In this document: positions 51,074-60,670 of the stretch, piece by piece
Layout of the letters: each line of letters begins with the position of its first letter
Position numbering within the stretch: the first letter of the stretch is position 1
NCBI GenBank assembly: GCA_028717245.1
Contig: JAQUOD010000001.1
Coordinates: 85,514-149,513 of the forward strand
Reading direction: 5' to 3'
Length of the DNA: 64,000 bases
From: Candidatus Omnitrophota bacterium
GTDB taxonomy: Bacteria > Omnitrophota > Gorgyraeia > Gygaellales > Profunditerraquicolaceae
Translations under genes and position numbers: made by a program
Notes under the pieces: model-generated
What the model saw: the letters and a program-made list of their open reading frames with translations, nothing else
What the model was told of the DNA's origin: nothing
Databases searched by the model: none

Positions 51074-52099
51074 TTATGCTAAGGAGATTTTCTTACGGAT
51101 TTCTTTTTCTATCTCTTCCTGTAATTTTGGTTTTTCTCTCAGCGCCTTTACTGCCTGGTCTCTTCCTTGGCCAAGCTTCTCGCCTCCAAAAGAAAGCCAG
51201 GTCCCGGTTTTCTCGATAATTTCTAAATTCACCGCGGCATCTATAACGCTGCCGGGCTTGACAATGCCTTCATTATGCATGATTTCAAATTCTGCCTCGC
51301 GAAAAGGAGGGGCTACTTTGTTTTTAACTACCCTGGCCCTGACCCGGTTGCCGATAACCATATCGCCGGATTTTAGGGTAGCAATCCTTCTTAAATCCAG
51401 CCTTACAGAGGCATAAAATTTTAGTGCCCGTCCCCCGGGCGTGGTTTCCGGCGAACCAAACATTACGCCGATTTTTTCCCTGATCTGATTAATAAAAATC
51501 ACGCAGGTGCGCGACTTGCTGATGGCCGCGGTAAGTTTACGCAGTGCCTGCGACATCAGCCGGGCCTGCAAACCCATATGCGAATCTCCCATCTCGCCTT
51601 CTATTTCCGCGCGGGGAGTAAGCGCGGCTACGGAATCAATCACCACCATATCTACGGCATTTGAACGCACTAATGTCTCGGCAATCTCCAGCGCCTGTTC
51701 TCCGGTGTCCGGCTGAGAAATCAAAAGTTCGTCTAAATTTACCCCGATAATCTTAGCATAAGTAGAATCAAAGGCGTGTTCGGCATCAATAAAAGCAGCA
51801 ACTCCGCCTTTCTTCTGAATTTCCTTGATTACGCTTAAGGTGAGCGTAGTCTTACCTGAAGCCTCTGGACCGAAAATCTCGATTACCCTGCCGCGGGGAA
51901 GGCCGCCTACGCCTAAGGCAACATCCAAAGTAAGCGCGCCCGTAGGGATGGCCTCTACGTCTACTTTTATGTCCCCGCCCAGCTTCATAATTGAACCTTT
52001 ACCGAATTGTTTTTCTATCTGGGAGAGCGCCAATTCCAGTGCTTTTTGACGGTCAGAAATGTCCTTTGCGCCTTCTTTCTTTATGTCTTTGGTAACCAT
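51074..52099 (-). CDS. recA: recombinase RecA
   Basis: [13 protein letters not shown], 341 aa. Confidence 0.95.
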   Translation of the reverse strand: MVTKDIKKEGAKDISDRQKALELALSQIEKQFGKGSIMKLGGDIKVDVEAIPTGALTLDVALGVGGLPRGRVIEIFGPEASGKTTLTLSVIKEIQKKGGVAAFIDAEHAFDSTYAKIIGVNLDELLISQPDTGEQALEIAETLVRSNAVDMVVIDSVAALTPRAEIEGEMGDSHMGLQARLMSQALRKLTAAISKSRTCVIFINQIREKIGVMFGSPETTPGGRALKFYASVRLDLRRIATLKSGDMVIGNRVRARVVKNKVAPPFREAEFEIMHNEGIVKPGSVIDAAVNLEIIEKTGTWLSFGGEKLGQGRDQAVKALREKPKLQEEIEKEIRKKISLA

Positions 52100-52133
52100 G
52101 ATAACCTCCTTTTTTTCTGCAAATTAGATTTTA

Positions 52134-52173
52134 ATTATATCTTAACACCCCTTGCCTGTCAATACATATTGAC
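52134..52173 (-). promoter_or_regulatory. recA promoter: -35 TTGACA (52157-52162), 17-nt spacer, -10 TATAAT (52134-52139); 7-2-7 palindrome GTCAATA-CA-TATTGAC (52158-52173) overlaps -35
   Basis: rc reads TTGACAggcaaggggtgttaagaTATAAT...aaaaaaaggaggttatcATG. Confidence 0.55.
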
Positions 52174-52401
52174 CCATACTTAACATTTAACGGGTGGCTT
52201 GGTTTGGTTTCGCACAGCAGTTTTAAAGGGGACCCCGCGAGTGGGTGTGGGCGAGGAAAATTTGACGAGTACACACCCTAAAAGCAGGGGATATTTTTAA
52301 TCCCTGTGGGAAGCAAAACAAGACAGCCGCAATAAAAATCCCTCCTTTCTACTCCTAATAGACGCAGGAGTAAGAAAAATCTAACAGTCAGTCCTCCTGG
52401 C

Positions 52402-52430
52402 TTGACAATAAGCTGAAAATATGTTAGATT
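52402..52430 (+). promoter_or_regulatory. candidate sigma70 promoter for GGDEF gene: TTGACA-17-TAGATT, start codon ~10 nt downstream (near-leaderless)
   Basis: cTTGACAataagctgaaaatatgtTAGATTtataacattATG. Confidence 0.4.
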
Positions 52431-52439
52431 TATAACATT

Positions 52440-53606
52440 ATGGAAGAGATAAATAAAATCAAACAAGAAATCGAGCGCACCAAAACCGAACTGGCTATCC
52501 TTTATGAAATATCCAATGCCATGCGTACCACTCTTAAGCTGGATGAAATACTCTACATTATCCTGACCGGGGTCACCGCGCATATAGGATTGGGGTTTAA
52601 CCGCGCCATCCTCTTTTTAGTCAACGAAAAAAATAGTGTTATCGAAGGTAAAATGGGTATTGGCCCGGGAGACGGCGAAGAAGCTAATCAAATCTGGACC
52701 AGGGTAGAACGCGAGCAGATGGATTTAGACGACCTGATTAATGCTTATAAGGTTTCTAAGGATATCCTGGAATCCAGCTTCAACCAGCAGATACGCGCCC
52801 TGAAGATGCCCTTAAAAGAACAAAATGGCGGATTACTGGCTTTGGGGGTACTGGAGGGCATGCCTTTGCATCTAACCGCTGAAACCATACAAAACTATAG
52901 TAAGGATCCTATTATACGGATATTAAAGGCTGATGAGTTGGTAGTAATCCCCCTGAAAGCAAAGGATAAAGTAAACGGAATAATTTTAGCAGATAATTTT
53001 ATTACTAAAAAGCCTATTACCAAAGATGATATACGCATGCTGATTATGCTGGCTAACCAGGCGGGTCTAGCCGTTGAGAATTCACAACTTTACGAAAAAG
53101 CCGTTATCCGCGCCCATACTGACTTGCTTACCGAACTTTATAATCATGGGCATTTCCAGTACCTTTTATCTACAGAGATAGAGAAGGCAAAGGCGAGTTC
53201 CCTTCCTTTAAGCCTGATTATGCTGGATATCGATAATTTTAAGGTCTATAACGATGCGCTCGGGCATCAGGCCGGGGATAAAATCTTAAAGGCGCTGGCG
53301 TTGCTGCTAAAGAACCAATCCCGCAAAATGGATTATGTCTGCCGTTACGGCGGGGAGGAATTTACCATTATCCTGCCGCAGACGGAAAAAAAAGAGGCGT
53401 TCTTAATCGCTGAACGCCTGAGGATGGATATTGAAAAATACACCTTTATCAATGAAGAAATCCTGCCTAATAAAAAATTAACCGTGAGTATGGGTTTGGG
53501 TTCTTACCCGGAAAACGGGGCTACTGCCTCTGATTTAATCACCAGTTCTGACCAAGCCCTCTATCAGGCCAAGCATAAAGGAAAAAATAATACCTGCTGT
53601 TGTTAA
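52440..53606 (+). CDS. diguanylate cyclase with N-terminal GAF-like sensor domain
   Basis: RYGGEEF motif, LIMLDIDNFKVYND. Confidence 0.85.
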   Translation: MEEINKIKQEIERTKTELAILYEISNAMRTTLKLDEILYIILTGVTAHIGLGFNRAILFLVNEKNSVIEGKMGIGPGDGEEANQIWTRVEREQMDLDDLINAYKVSKDILESSFNQQIRALKMPLKEQNGGLLALGVLEGMPLHLTAETIQNYSKDPIIRILKADELVVIPLKAKDKVNGIILADNFITKKPITKDDIRMLIMLANQAGLAVENSQLYEKAVIRAHTDLLTELYNHGHFQYLLSTEIEKAKASSLPLSLIMLDIDNFKVYNDALGHQAGDKILKALALLLKNQSRKMDYVCRYGGEEFTIILPQTEKKEAFLIAERLRMDIEKYTFINEEILPNKKLTVSMGLGSYPENGATASDLITSSDQALYQAKHKGKNNTCCC

Positions 53607-56600
53607 GCCCCGGCAGGTTCAACTACGGCTACATCCGCCTCTTTATCTTTTACGGCTTTACTCCCCCCGAACTTCACGGAAACAATCTTAGAAACCCCGG
53701 ATTCCTCCATAGTGATCCCGTACATCACGTCCGCGTTGGCAATGGTTTTCTTGTTGTGGGTAATCACGATAAACTGGGAGGTCCTAATAAACTCCTGCAG
53801 CATGCGGCCGAACCTGTCCACATTGGCTTCATCCAAGGCAGCGTCTATCTCATCCAATACGCAGAAAGGCGAAGGCTTAACTTTAAATATGGCAAAAATA
53901 AGCGCTATCGCAGACATGGATTTTTCTCCGCCGGAGAGTAAAAGCACATTCTGTAATTTTTTGCCCGGAGGCCGGCAGATAATTTCAATCCCCGATTCCA
54001 GCGGGTCCTGTTCATCAACTAAAAAAACCTGGGCATCGCCGCCGTTAAAGAGCAGCCGGAAATAATTCTTAAACTCCAGGCGCACCTTTTCAAAGGTCTC
54101 TAAAAACATTTTTTTAGTGGTGCGGTTAATCTTTAAGATCGCCTCATGCACTGATTCGCGCGCCGTTACCAGATCATTCTGCTGCTGGGTCAGGAAATCA
54201 TAGCGTTTCTTTAATTCGTCATATTCTTCTATGGCTACCAGGTTAACCGTGCCATAGGAATCTAACCTGTCTTTTAATTTTTCTATTTCCTGGGAAAGCG
54301 TATCCTTATCTATTGCCTCCTGGAGGCTATTACAGGGCATATCCAAATCCGCCTTATAGGACTGCAGGATCCTCTCTTTAAGGCTAGTGATTTTAAAATC
54401 TACGTCTTTATTTTGCATCTGTAGCTCGTATAATTTATTTTTTATGTTGTCCAATTCTTTCCTGTCTGCCTCTACCTTGCCTACGGCATCGCTTACACCT
54501 TCATTAATCCCGCGGTATTTATCTTCTGTTTCTTTGAGGAGATTATTTTGCTCCTGAATATCCAACTGCGCCTGCTCAATCCTGCCCTCTGAATTTTTAA
54601 TCTCCAAGGCCAGTTGTTGTTGTTTATCCGCATTTTCTTTGACTTGCTCCTCAAAATTCAGGAGGCTCTCCTTATCCTGTTGACAGGTATCTTCCAAAAT
54701 TTTAAGCGTAGCTCCTTCAGAATCTATGCGCTTACTTAAACCCTCCAGCTCTGTTTTAGCCTGGGTAATCGCCACTAACGTCTGCTCTTTAAGGCTATGA
54801 TTTGCATTAATGTTATTCTGTTCTTTAAGGATCAGCTCTTCATGTCCCTTTTGCTCTTTATCCAGCTCTGCTGCCTGGGTTTGTAGGCCCACTAGCGTAT
54901 TCTCAAGACTGGATAAATCCTGCCCCACTTCAGATAATTCTAAAACTATTACCTCCTCTTCATCCCTTATTTTATTAAACTGCTCCAGGACTGCCTGATG
55001 AGATGCTTTTTTATTGGCTAAGGTTATTTCCTGGTTACGTAAGGCCTCCTGAAGATGAAAGATAGCCTGATTTAATTCTGCGATACGCGCCTGGCTTGCT
55101 GTCTTAGCGCCCTCCATGGCCCTTAGGCTGTCTTCAAGTATAGATAATTTCTGGTTAATTTTCTGCGCATCCAAATCAATGGGTTTAGCTTCTCCGTATA
55201 ATTTAAATTTTGCGCCTTCGATAAGTCGGCCATCCAACGTCGAGCCGGATGGATCTTTTATTTTTATTACTAAAGCGGTTATTTTATCCGATGGCTGCCT
55301 GTCTAAATAAATCTGCGCATTCATGGATTCACTGATATCTTCGTATTTTGTCTTTAGCTTATCCAGGAATTCTTTGTGGGACAACAAACCCGACTTTTCT
55401 CTTTCTAAATTAGAGATGTCTGTATTTAAGTTATTCAGGCCCTGGGTTTCCCGCTGTAATTTATCCTTAGCATCGGATATCTTCGAACTTAAATCCTGGA
55501 AGTCTTTTTCCAGCTCTTTTAGTTCTTGGTTGAGATTATCCAGATTATCCTGAATCTTCGCCTTTTCTTCATTGACCTTTATCTTTTCGATTTCCAGCCT
55601 CTTTTTACGCGCTGAATAAATGTGCTGCTTGCCGGTTAAATCAGCAATCTCATTTTTAACCTGCGTAAATTTAGTAACCAGCCCAAGAATGCTTCTATTG
55701 GTTTTAGCAATAGCCTCCAGGGAATTTTTAGTGGATAAGGTTATATTGCTCAGCCGCCCTTCTTTATCCTGCAGGAAGAGCCTTTTTTCTTCAATGGTTT
55801 GGTTTATCGCATTGCGTTCGTTCTTTAAATTATTTAATTTTTCTTCATCCAGCGAGAGCCTCTTCTTGGTCTGCTCAATCTGCCCCTCTAGGTGCTTCTG
55901 GCTTACGTCTAATTCCTTTATCTTTTCTTGGTTAAAATTGACGCGCTCTTTATTGGCTAAAATAGAGTTCTCCAGGGTCATGATTTGATTTTTTATGGCC
56001 ATGATCGCCTCTTCCATGGCTTTTAGTTCACCGCGTTGGTCGCTATTCTTTGATTCATGCCCCTGGATGATGCTTAAAAGCCGGTCTTCTGCTACCTGCA
56101 ATTCCTTCAGCTGGTTTATGATATTATCTTTTTCTAAGGCCAATTGGTTCTTATCCCATAGGGCCAGGCTGATTTCTTTTTGTTTTAATTCCTCAAAGGC
56201 TTCTTTATACCGGCGCGCCTTATTGGCCTGGCGCTCTAAAGAGCCGATCTGGCGTTTTACTTCCGTAATGATATCATTGACCCTTAAAAGGTTCTGTTGG
56301 GTTTCTTCTAATTTCCTCATTGCCTCTCTTTTTTGAACCTTATATTTAGTAATCCCTGCGGCCTCATCAAAAACCAGGCGCCTGTCTTCCGGCCGGGAAC
56401 TTAAGACTAAATCTATCTTTCCCTGCTCTACCAGAGAATAACTTTCAGCCCCAATGCCGGTACCCATCAGCAAATCCAGGATATCCTTAAGCCGCACCTG
56501 GGTTTTATTTAACAGGTATTCGCTCTCGCCTGACCTGAAGATCCTTCTAGTAATGGTCACCTCATCATGATCAATACTGAAATATTTCTGGTCATTATCA

Positions 56601-56851
56601 AAGGTGAGGCTGACTTCTGCCATGCTTAAGGGCTCTTTAATATCCGTGCCGTTAAAAATCACATCCTGCATATCCGAGCCGCGTAGCGACTTTACTGACT
56701 GCTCGCCCAGAACCCAGCGTATAGAATCAAAGATATTGGATTTCCCGCAGCCGTTTGGGCCGACTACCGCAGTAACCCCGGGTTCAAAATGTAAAACGGT
56801 TTTATTCAAAAATGACTTGAAACCCACTATCTCCAGTTTTTTGAAATACAT
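53603..56851 (-). CDS. smc: chromosome segregation protein SMC
   Basis: MYFKKLEIVGFKSF...GPNGCGKSN, long coiled coils, 1082 aa. Confidence 0.9.
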   Translation of the reverse strand: MYFKKLEIVGFKSFLNKTVLHFEPGVTAVVGPNGCGKSNIFDSIRWVLGEQSVKSLRGSDMQDVIFNGTDIKEPLSMAEVSLTFDNDQKYFSIDHDEVTITRRIFRSGESEYLLNKTQVRLKDILDLLMGTGIGAESYSLVEQGKIDLVLSSRPEDRRLVFDEAAGITKYKVQKREAMRKLEETQQNLLRVNDIITEVKRQIGSLERQANKARRYKEAFEELKQKEISLALWDKNQLALEKDNIINQLKELQVAEDRLLSIIQGHESKNSDQRGELKAMEEAIMAIKNQIMTLENSILANKERVNFNQEKIKELDVSQKHLEGQIEQTKKRLSLDEEKLNNLKNERNAINQTIEEKRLFLQDKEGRLSNITLSTKNSLEAIAKTNRSILGLVTKFTQVKNEIADLTGKQHIYSARKKRLEIEKIKVNEEKAKIQDNLDNLNQELKELEKDFQDLSSKISDAKDKLQRETQGLNNLNTDISNLEREKSGLLSHKEFLDKLKTKYEDISESMNAQIYLDRQPSDKITALVIKIKDPSGSTLDGRLIEGAKFKLYGEAKPIDLDAQKINQKLSILEDSLRAMEGAKTASQARIAELNQAIFHLQEALRNQEITLANKKASHQAVLEQFNKIRDEEEVIVLELSEVGQDLSSLENTLVGLQTQAAELDKEQKGHEELILKEQNNINANHSLKEQTLVAITQAKTELEGLSKRIDSEGATLKILEDTCQQDKESLLNFEEQVKENADKQQQLALEIKNSEGRIEQAQLDIQEQNNLLKETEDKYRGINEGVSDAVGKVEADRKELDNIKNKLYELQMQNKDVDFKITSLKERILQSYKADLDMPCNSLQEAIDKDTLSQEIEKLKDRLDSYGTVNLVAIEEYDELKKRYDFLTQQQNDLVTARESVHEAILKINRTTKKMFLETFEKVRLEFKNYFRLLFNGGDAQVFLVDEQDPLESGIEIICRPPGKKLQNVLLLSGGEKSMSAIALIFAIFKVKPSPFCVLDEIDAALDEANVDRFGRMLQEFIRTSQFIVITHNKKTIANADVMYGITMEESGVSKIVSVKFGGSKAVKDKEADVAVVEPAGA

Positions 56852-56863
56852 CGCCTCTCCTTG

Positions 56864-57055
56864 TTATGAATGTACTTTGGTTTCTAACCAGGCATCAATT
56901 TTATCTTTTTTAAAACGCCACTGGCCGACAAGCTTTACTGCCGGGATCTTATTATTTTTGAGCCAGTCATAAATGGTCCTGCGGGTTACTTTTAAGTAAC
57001 CGGCTAAATCTTCAATAGTCATTAATGCACTGTTATTCATCATAACTTGCCTCAT
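56864..57055 (-). CDS. small helix-turn-helix (excisionase/MerR-like HTH_17) DNA-binding protein
   Basis: MTIEDLAGYLKVTRRTIYDWLKNNKIPAVKLVGQWRF. Confidence 0.65.
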   Translation of the reverse strand: MRQVMMNNSALMTIEDLAGYLKVTRRTIYDWLKNNKIPAVKLVGQWRFKKDKIDAWLETKVHS

Positions 57056-57067
57056 AGTATTGTTTTA

Positions 57068-57096
57068 ATTATAAAGAAAAAAACAAAATTTGTCAA
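57068..57096 (-). promoter_or_regulatory. perfect-consensus sigma70 promoter TTGACA-17-TATAAT for the HTH-smc pair; predicted transcript is leaderless or near-leaderless
   Basis: rc reads TTGACAaattttgtttttttcttTATAATtaaaacaataATG. Confidence 0.5.
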
Positions 57097-57431
57097 GGAA
57101 AATCTTTACATTCTTTTACATATATATCCAAAAGGGATAGTTTTAGTGCTAAAAGGTATGAAAATAGGAAGAATTTCTAAAATAACGGTTTAGCGGGTGA
57201 CGAGGCATGTTTTAAGCAGCATCTTGAAGATGCGAGCGGGCAGGGTTCACCTGCTCTTAGAAACCAGTGAGAGCGAGCAGCTTCACCGAAGCGAGAAAAT
57301 TCCACGCTGGGGAATTTCGAGCGGTGCTGCGAAAACATGACTCGGCAGGACCCGCTACCTCGTAAGAGAAAAGATCGATAGCGCTATAAAAAAATATGCA
57401 AGGCAGGACCCGCTCTAAATGGATGGGAAAA

Positions 57432-58634
57432 TTATTTCCTGAGGGTTTGTTGGAATTGTTTGGTTAAGACAGGAACTATTTGGAAGAGGTCACCGACAAT
57501 ACCATAGGTCGCTACTTTAAAGATAGGCGCATCGGGATCTTTATTGATGGCGATGATGATTTTTGAGGACTGCATGCCTACGAGATGCTGGATCTGGCCG
57601 GAGATGCCGCAGGCAATATAAATTTTAGGCGATACTGTTCTTCCGGTCTGGCCTACCTGATGCGAATAAGGCATCCACCCGGAATCTACTGCTGCGCGCG
57701 AAGCACCCACTGCGGCACCTAAAACATGTGCGAGCTCTTCTAAAATTTTAAAGTTCTCCGGTCCTCCCATCCCCCGGCCGCCTGAAACAATAATATCCGC
57801 CTCTGATAAATTTATCAGGGCCTCTACTTCTTCTACTATATCCAGGAGTTTTGCGCGCGAAGCGTAGAGAGAATTATCAAAAGTTTCCCGGATAATTTTA
57901 CCCTTTCTCTTTTTATCCGGCTCCATCGGTTGCATTACCTTATGCCGGACAGTGGCCATCTGCGGCCGGTAGTTTGGGCTGATGATAGTAGCCATGATGT
58001 TTCCGCCGAATGCCGGCCGGGTCTGCAGGAGTATTTTCTTTTCCTGGTCAATATCCAGGCCCGTGCAATCCGCAGTCAGGCCTGTTTTTATTTTAACGGC
58101 CACGCGCGAGATTAAAGAACGGCCGATAGCCGTTGCCCCGCAGAGCACGATCTCGGGCTTATGTTTCTTGACTAACTCAACTAAGATATTAGTGTAAGGT
58201 TCATCCTGAAAATTAGCTAATTCCGGGGCCTCTATTAGATAAATATTATCCGCCCCGCGCCAAGCCAACTCATCCAATTGGTCATCTAGATTGTGGCCGA
58301 TTAAAATACCGCTTACCTGACAATTAAGTTTTTGGGATAATTCCCGGGCCTTGCCTAAGAGTTCATAGGAGACAGACTGGACTTTACCTTTCTTCTGTTC
58401 GATGAATACCCAGATCCCTTTATAATCTTTTATATCCGGTAAAACGCAGGCAGTAACCTCTTTTTCTAAAAACACTGCCTTAAATTTACAGGCAGGAACG
58501 CAAGCGCCGCAGAGATTACATTTATGTAAGTCAATCACTGCCTTCTTGTCCATTATGCGGATTGCGTCAAAAGGGCAAGCCTTAACGCAAAGCGTGCATC
58601 CCGTGCATTTTTCTATAATTATTTGTATACCCAT
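57432..58634 (-). CDS. etfA: electron transfer flavoprotein alpha subunit with N-terminal 2x[4Fe-4S] ferredoxin domain
   Basis: [12 protein letters not shown]...[11 protein letters not shown]; Etf alpha FAD-binding C-terminus. Confidence 0.85.
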   Translation of the reverse strand: MGIQIIIEKCTGCTLCVKACPFDAIRIMDKKAVIDLHKCNLCGACVPACKFKAVFLEKEVTACVLPDIKDYKGIWVFIEQKKGKVQSVSYELLGKARELSQKLNCQVSGILIGHNLDDQLDELAWRGADNIYLIEAPELANFQDEPYTNILVELVKKHKPEIVLCGATAIGRSLISRVAVKIKTGLTADCTGLDIDQEKKILLQTRPAFGGNIMATIISPNYRPQMATVRHKVMQPMEPDKKRKGKIIRETFDNSLYASRAKLLDIVEEVEALINLSEADIIVSGGRGMGGPENFKILEELAHVLGAAVGASRAAVDSGWMPYSHQVGQTGRTVSPKIYIACGISGQIQHLVGMQSSKIIIAINKDPDAPIFKVATYGIVGDLFQIVPVLTKQFQQTLRK

Positions 58635-58643
58635 ATCTTTTTT

Positions 58644-58702
58644 GGCACCTGGTGCAAATTCAATCGGGTACCTGGTGCGAATTTAAGATTGTACCTGTCC
58701 CC
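58644..58702 (-). repeat. 57-nt element copy A (two CACCTGGTGC palindromes 23 nt apart) in etfB-etfA spacer
   Basis: ggcacctggtgcaaattcaatcgggtacctggtgcgaatttaagattgtacctgtccc; about 90% identical to 60671-60728. Confidence 0.8.
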
Positions 58703-58706
58703 AGCG

Positions 58707-59486
58707 CTATACCTGGACCTGCAATAGCTCTACTAATTGCGCGGCAATCTCAGGAATCTCACCCTTAAGTATCTGGCCACCGGTTCTCTGAGGAGGAGTA
58801 AAAATCTTCACTACTTGCGTAGGAGAACCGCATAATCCGATCTGTTGGGGATCTAAATTTAGTTCTTTCTGCGTCCAGAGGGTAATTTTAGCCTGCTTAG
58901 CGCGCATCATCCCTTTTAAAGAGGGCAGCCGCGGTTCATTTATCTCTTTGACCACAGTTAAAAGCGCCGGCAGGGGTACTTCAATTATCTCAAAACCCTC
59001 TTCCATTAATCTCTCTACGCGCAGAGTTTTTTCTTTTATCTCTTCTATCTTTTTGACATAAGTAACCTGGGGTATGTCTAAATGCGTGGATATCCCCGGC
59101 CCAACCTGGGCAGTGTCGCCGTCAGAGGCCTGCTTACCGCAGATAATTAAATCAAACCCCCCTATTTTTTTGATGGCAGCGGATAAGGTATAACTGGTGG
59201 CCCAGGTATCGCTTCCGGCAAAGGCGCGGTCGCAAACCAGGATACCTTCATCTATGCCCATGGAAATCGCTTCTCTTAAGGCCGCTTCTGCCTGCGGAGG
59301 ACCCATAGTAATCACCGTGACCTTGCCGCCGGTTTTTTCTTTCAGCCGCACTGCCTCTTCAATAGCATACATGTCAAAGGGATTAATAATGGACTTTACC
59401 CCTTCGCGGATTAAGGTATTCGTTTCCGGGTTAATTTTTACTTCGGTGGTTTCCGGGACCTGTTTGATGCAGACGATGATATTCAT
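58707..59486 (-). CDS. etfB: electron transfer flavoprotein beta subunit
   Basis: MNIIVCIKQVPE... Confidence 0.9.
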   Translation of the reverse strand: MNIIVCIKQVPETTEVKINPETNTLIREGVKSIINPFDMYAIEEAVRLKEKTGGKVTVITMGPPQAEAALREAISMGIDEGILVCDRAFAGSDTWATSYTLSAAIKKIGGFDLIICGKQASDGDTAQVGPGISTHLDIPQVTYVKKIEEIKEKTLRVERLMEEGFEIIEVPLPALLTVVKEINEPRLPSLKGMMRAKQAKITLWTQKELNLDPQQIGLCGSPTQVVKIFTPPQRTGGQILKGEIPEIAAQLVELLQVQV

Positions 59487-59500
59487 TTTCAGCCTTAAGC

Positions 59501-60652
59501 TTATTTAGCCATTTCTTTGATTAACTGCAATGCGATAATGTTACGCTGAATCTGGTTTGTACCTTCGTAAATTTGGGTAATCTTGGCATCGCGCATATAT
59601 TTTTCCGCGGGATAATCCCTCATATAACCGTAACCGCCGAGTATCTGTACGGCATCAGTAGTAACTTTCATGGCTACGTCTGAGGCATACATCTTGGCCA
59701 TGGCCGAATCCTTGCCTACGTCTTTACACCCGCCATCTATTTCCCTGGCGCAGGAATAAACTAAGGCCCGGGCAGCTTCAATTTCCGTAGCCATATCTGC
59801 CAACATCCATTGTATACCCTGAAAGCTAGCTATGGTTTTACCAAACTGCTGCCTCTCTTTAGCATATTTTACCGCCACATCCAGCGCCCCCTGGGCAATA
59901 CCTAAGGCTTGAGCAGCTACTCCCGGCCGCGACATATCAAAGGTCTTCATAGTCACGATAAAACCCATGCCTTCTCTGGATAAAAGATTTTCTTTGGGGA
60001 TTTTGCAATCAGTGAAAATAAGTTCACGCGTTGAAGAAGCGCGGATGCCTAATTTTTCTTCTTTTTTACCAAAGGTAAAACCAGGCGTGCCCTTTTCTAC
60101 TATAAATGCCGAAGCACCCCGAGCCCCCTTAGTCTTATCCGTCATGGCAATAACCGTATAGACATCGGCATCCCCGCCGTTAGTAATAAAGTGTTTAAGG
60201 CCATTTAAGATATAATGGTCCCCGTCTTTACGCGCAGTAGTCTTAATGCCGGAGGCATCAGAACCTGCTTCCGGTTCAGTAATGCCGAAGGCAGCGATTT
60301 TTTTGCCTTTTGCCAGCTCCGGCAGGTATTTTTTCTTCTGCTCGTCATTGCCGAATAAGACAATCGGAAATGTCCCTAAGGCCGAGGCAGCATAGCATAC
60401 CGCGATACCTCCGCAGGCACGCGATAATTCTTCGGTAGCAATACACAAGTTTAATACGCTGTTAGCCATACCGCCATACTCAGCAGGAATAAATAAACCG
60501 AATAAATCCGCATCCGCAATGATCTTGATAATTTCCCAAGGGAATTCTTCGGTTTGATCGTGTTTGGCCGCTACCGGGCGGATCTTCTCGTCGGCGATTT
60601 TACGCGCCAGTTCCTGAATCATCTTTTGTTCGTCACTTAGCAGGTAATCCAT
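59501..60652 (-). CDS. acyl-CoA dehydrogenase (butyryl-CoA dehydrogenase-like)
   Basis: 383 aa ACAD fold; adjacent to etfBA. Confidence 0.85.
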   Translation of the reverse strand: MDYLLSDEQKMIQELARKIADEKIRPVAAKHDQTEEFPWEIIKIIADADLFGLFIPAEYGGMANSVLNLCIATEELSRACGGIAVCYAASALGTFPIVLFGNDEQKKKYLPELAKGKKIAAFGITEPEAGSDASGIKTTARKDGDHYILNGLKHFITNGGDADVYTVIAMTDKTKGARGASAFIVEKGTPGFTFGKKEEKLGIRASSTRELIFTDCKIPKENLLSREGMGFIVTMKTFDMSRPGVAAQALGIAQGALDVAVKYAKERQQFGKTIASFQGIQWMLADMATEIEAARALVYSCAREIDGGCKDVGKDSAMAKMYASDVAMKVTTDAVQILGGYGYMRDYPAEKYMRDAKITQIYEGTNQIQRNIIALQLIKEMAK

Positions 60653-60670
60653 CCCTTCCTCCTAAAAATT

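Noticed and set aside
52278-52583. 101-aa minus-strand ORF in the recA/GGDEF divergent region
   Set aside because: It overlaps the GGDEF gene start in antisense and has an F/L-rich low-complexity product with no motif; I treated it as non-coding.
56864-57055. Excisionase-like HTH as evidence of a prophage or integrative element
   Set aside because: There is no integrase, no transposase, no att-like direct repeats and no tRNA target nearby; flanking genes are core (smc, etf).
58643-58660. TGGCAC-N-TGCA resembling a sigma54 -24/-12 promoter in element A
   Set aside because: The GC dinucleotide is one position off the consensus spacing, the match is on the plus strand while all neighbouring genes are minus, and copy B lacks the TGG.
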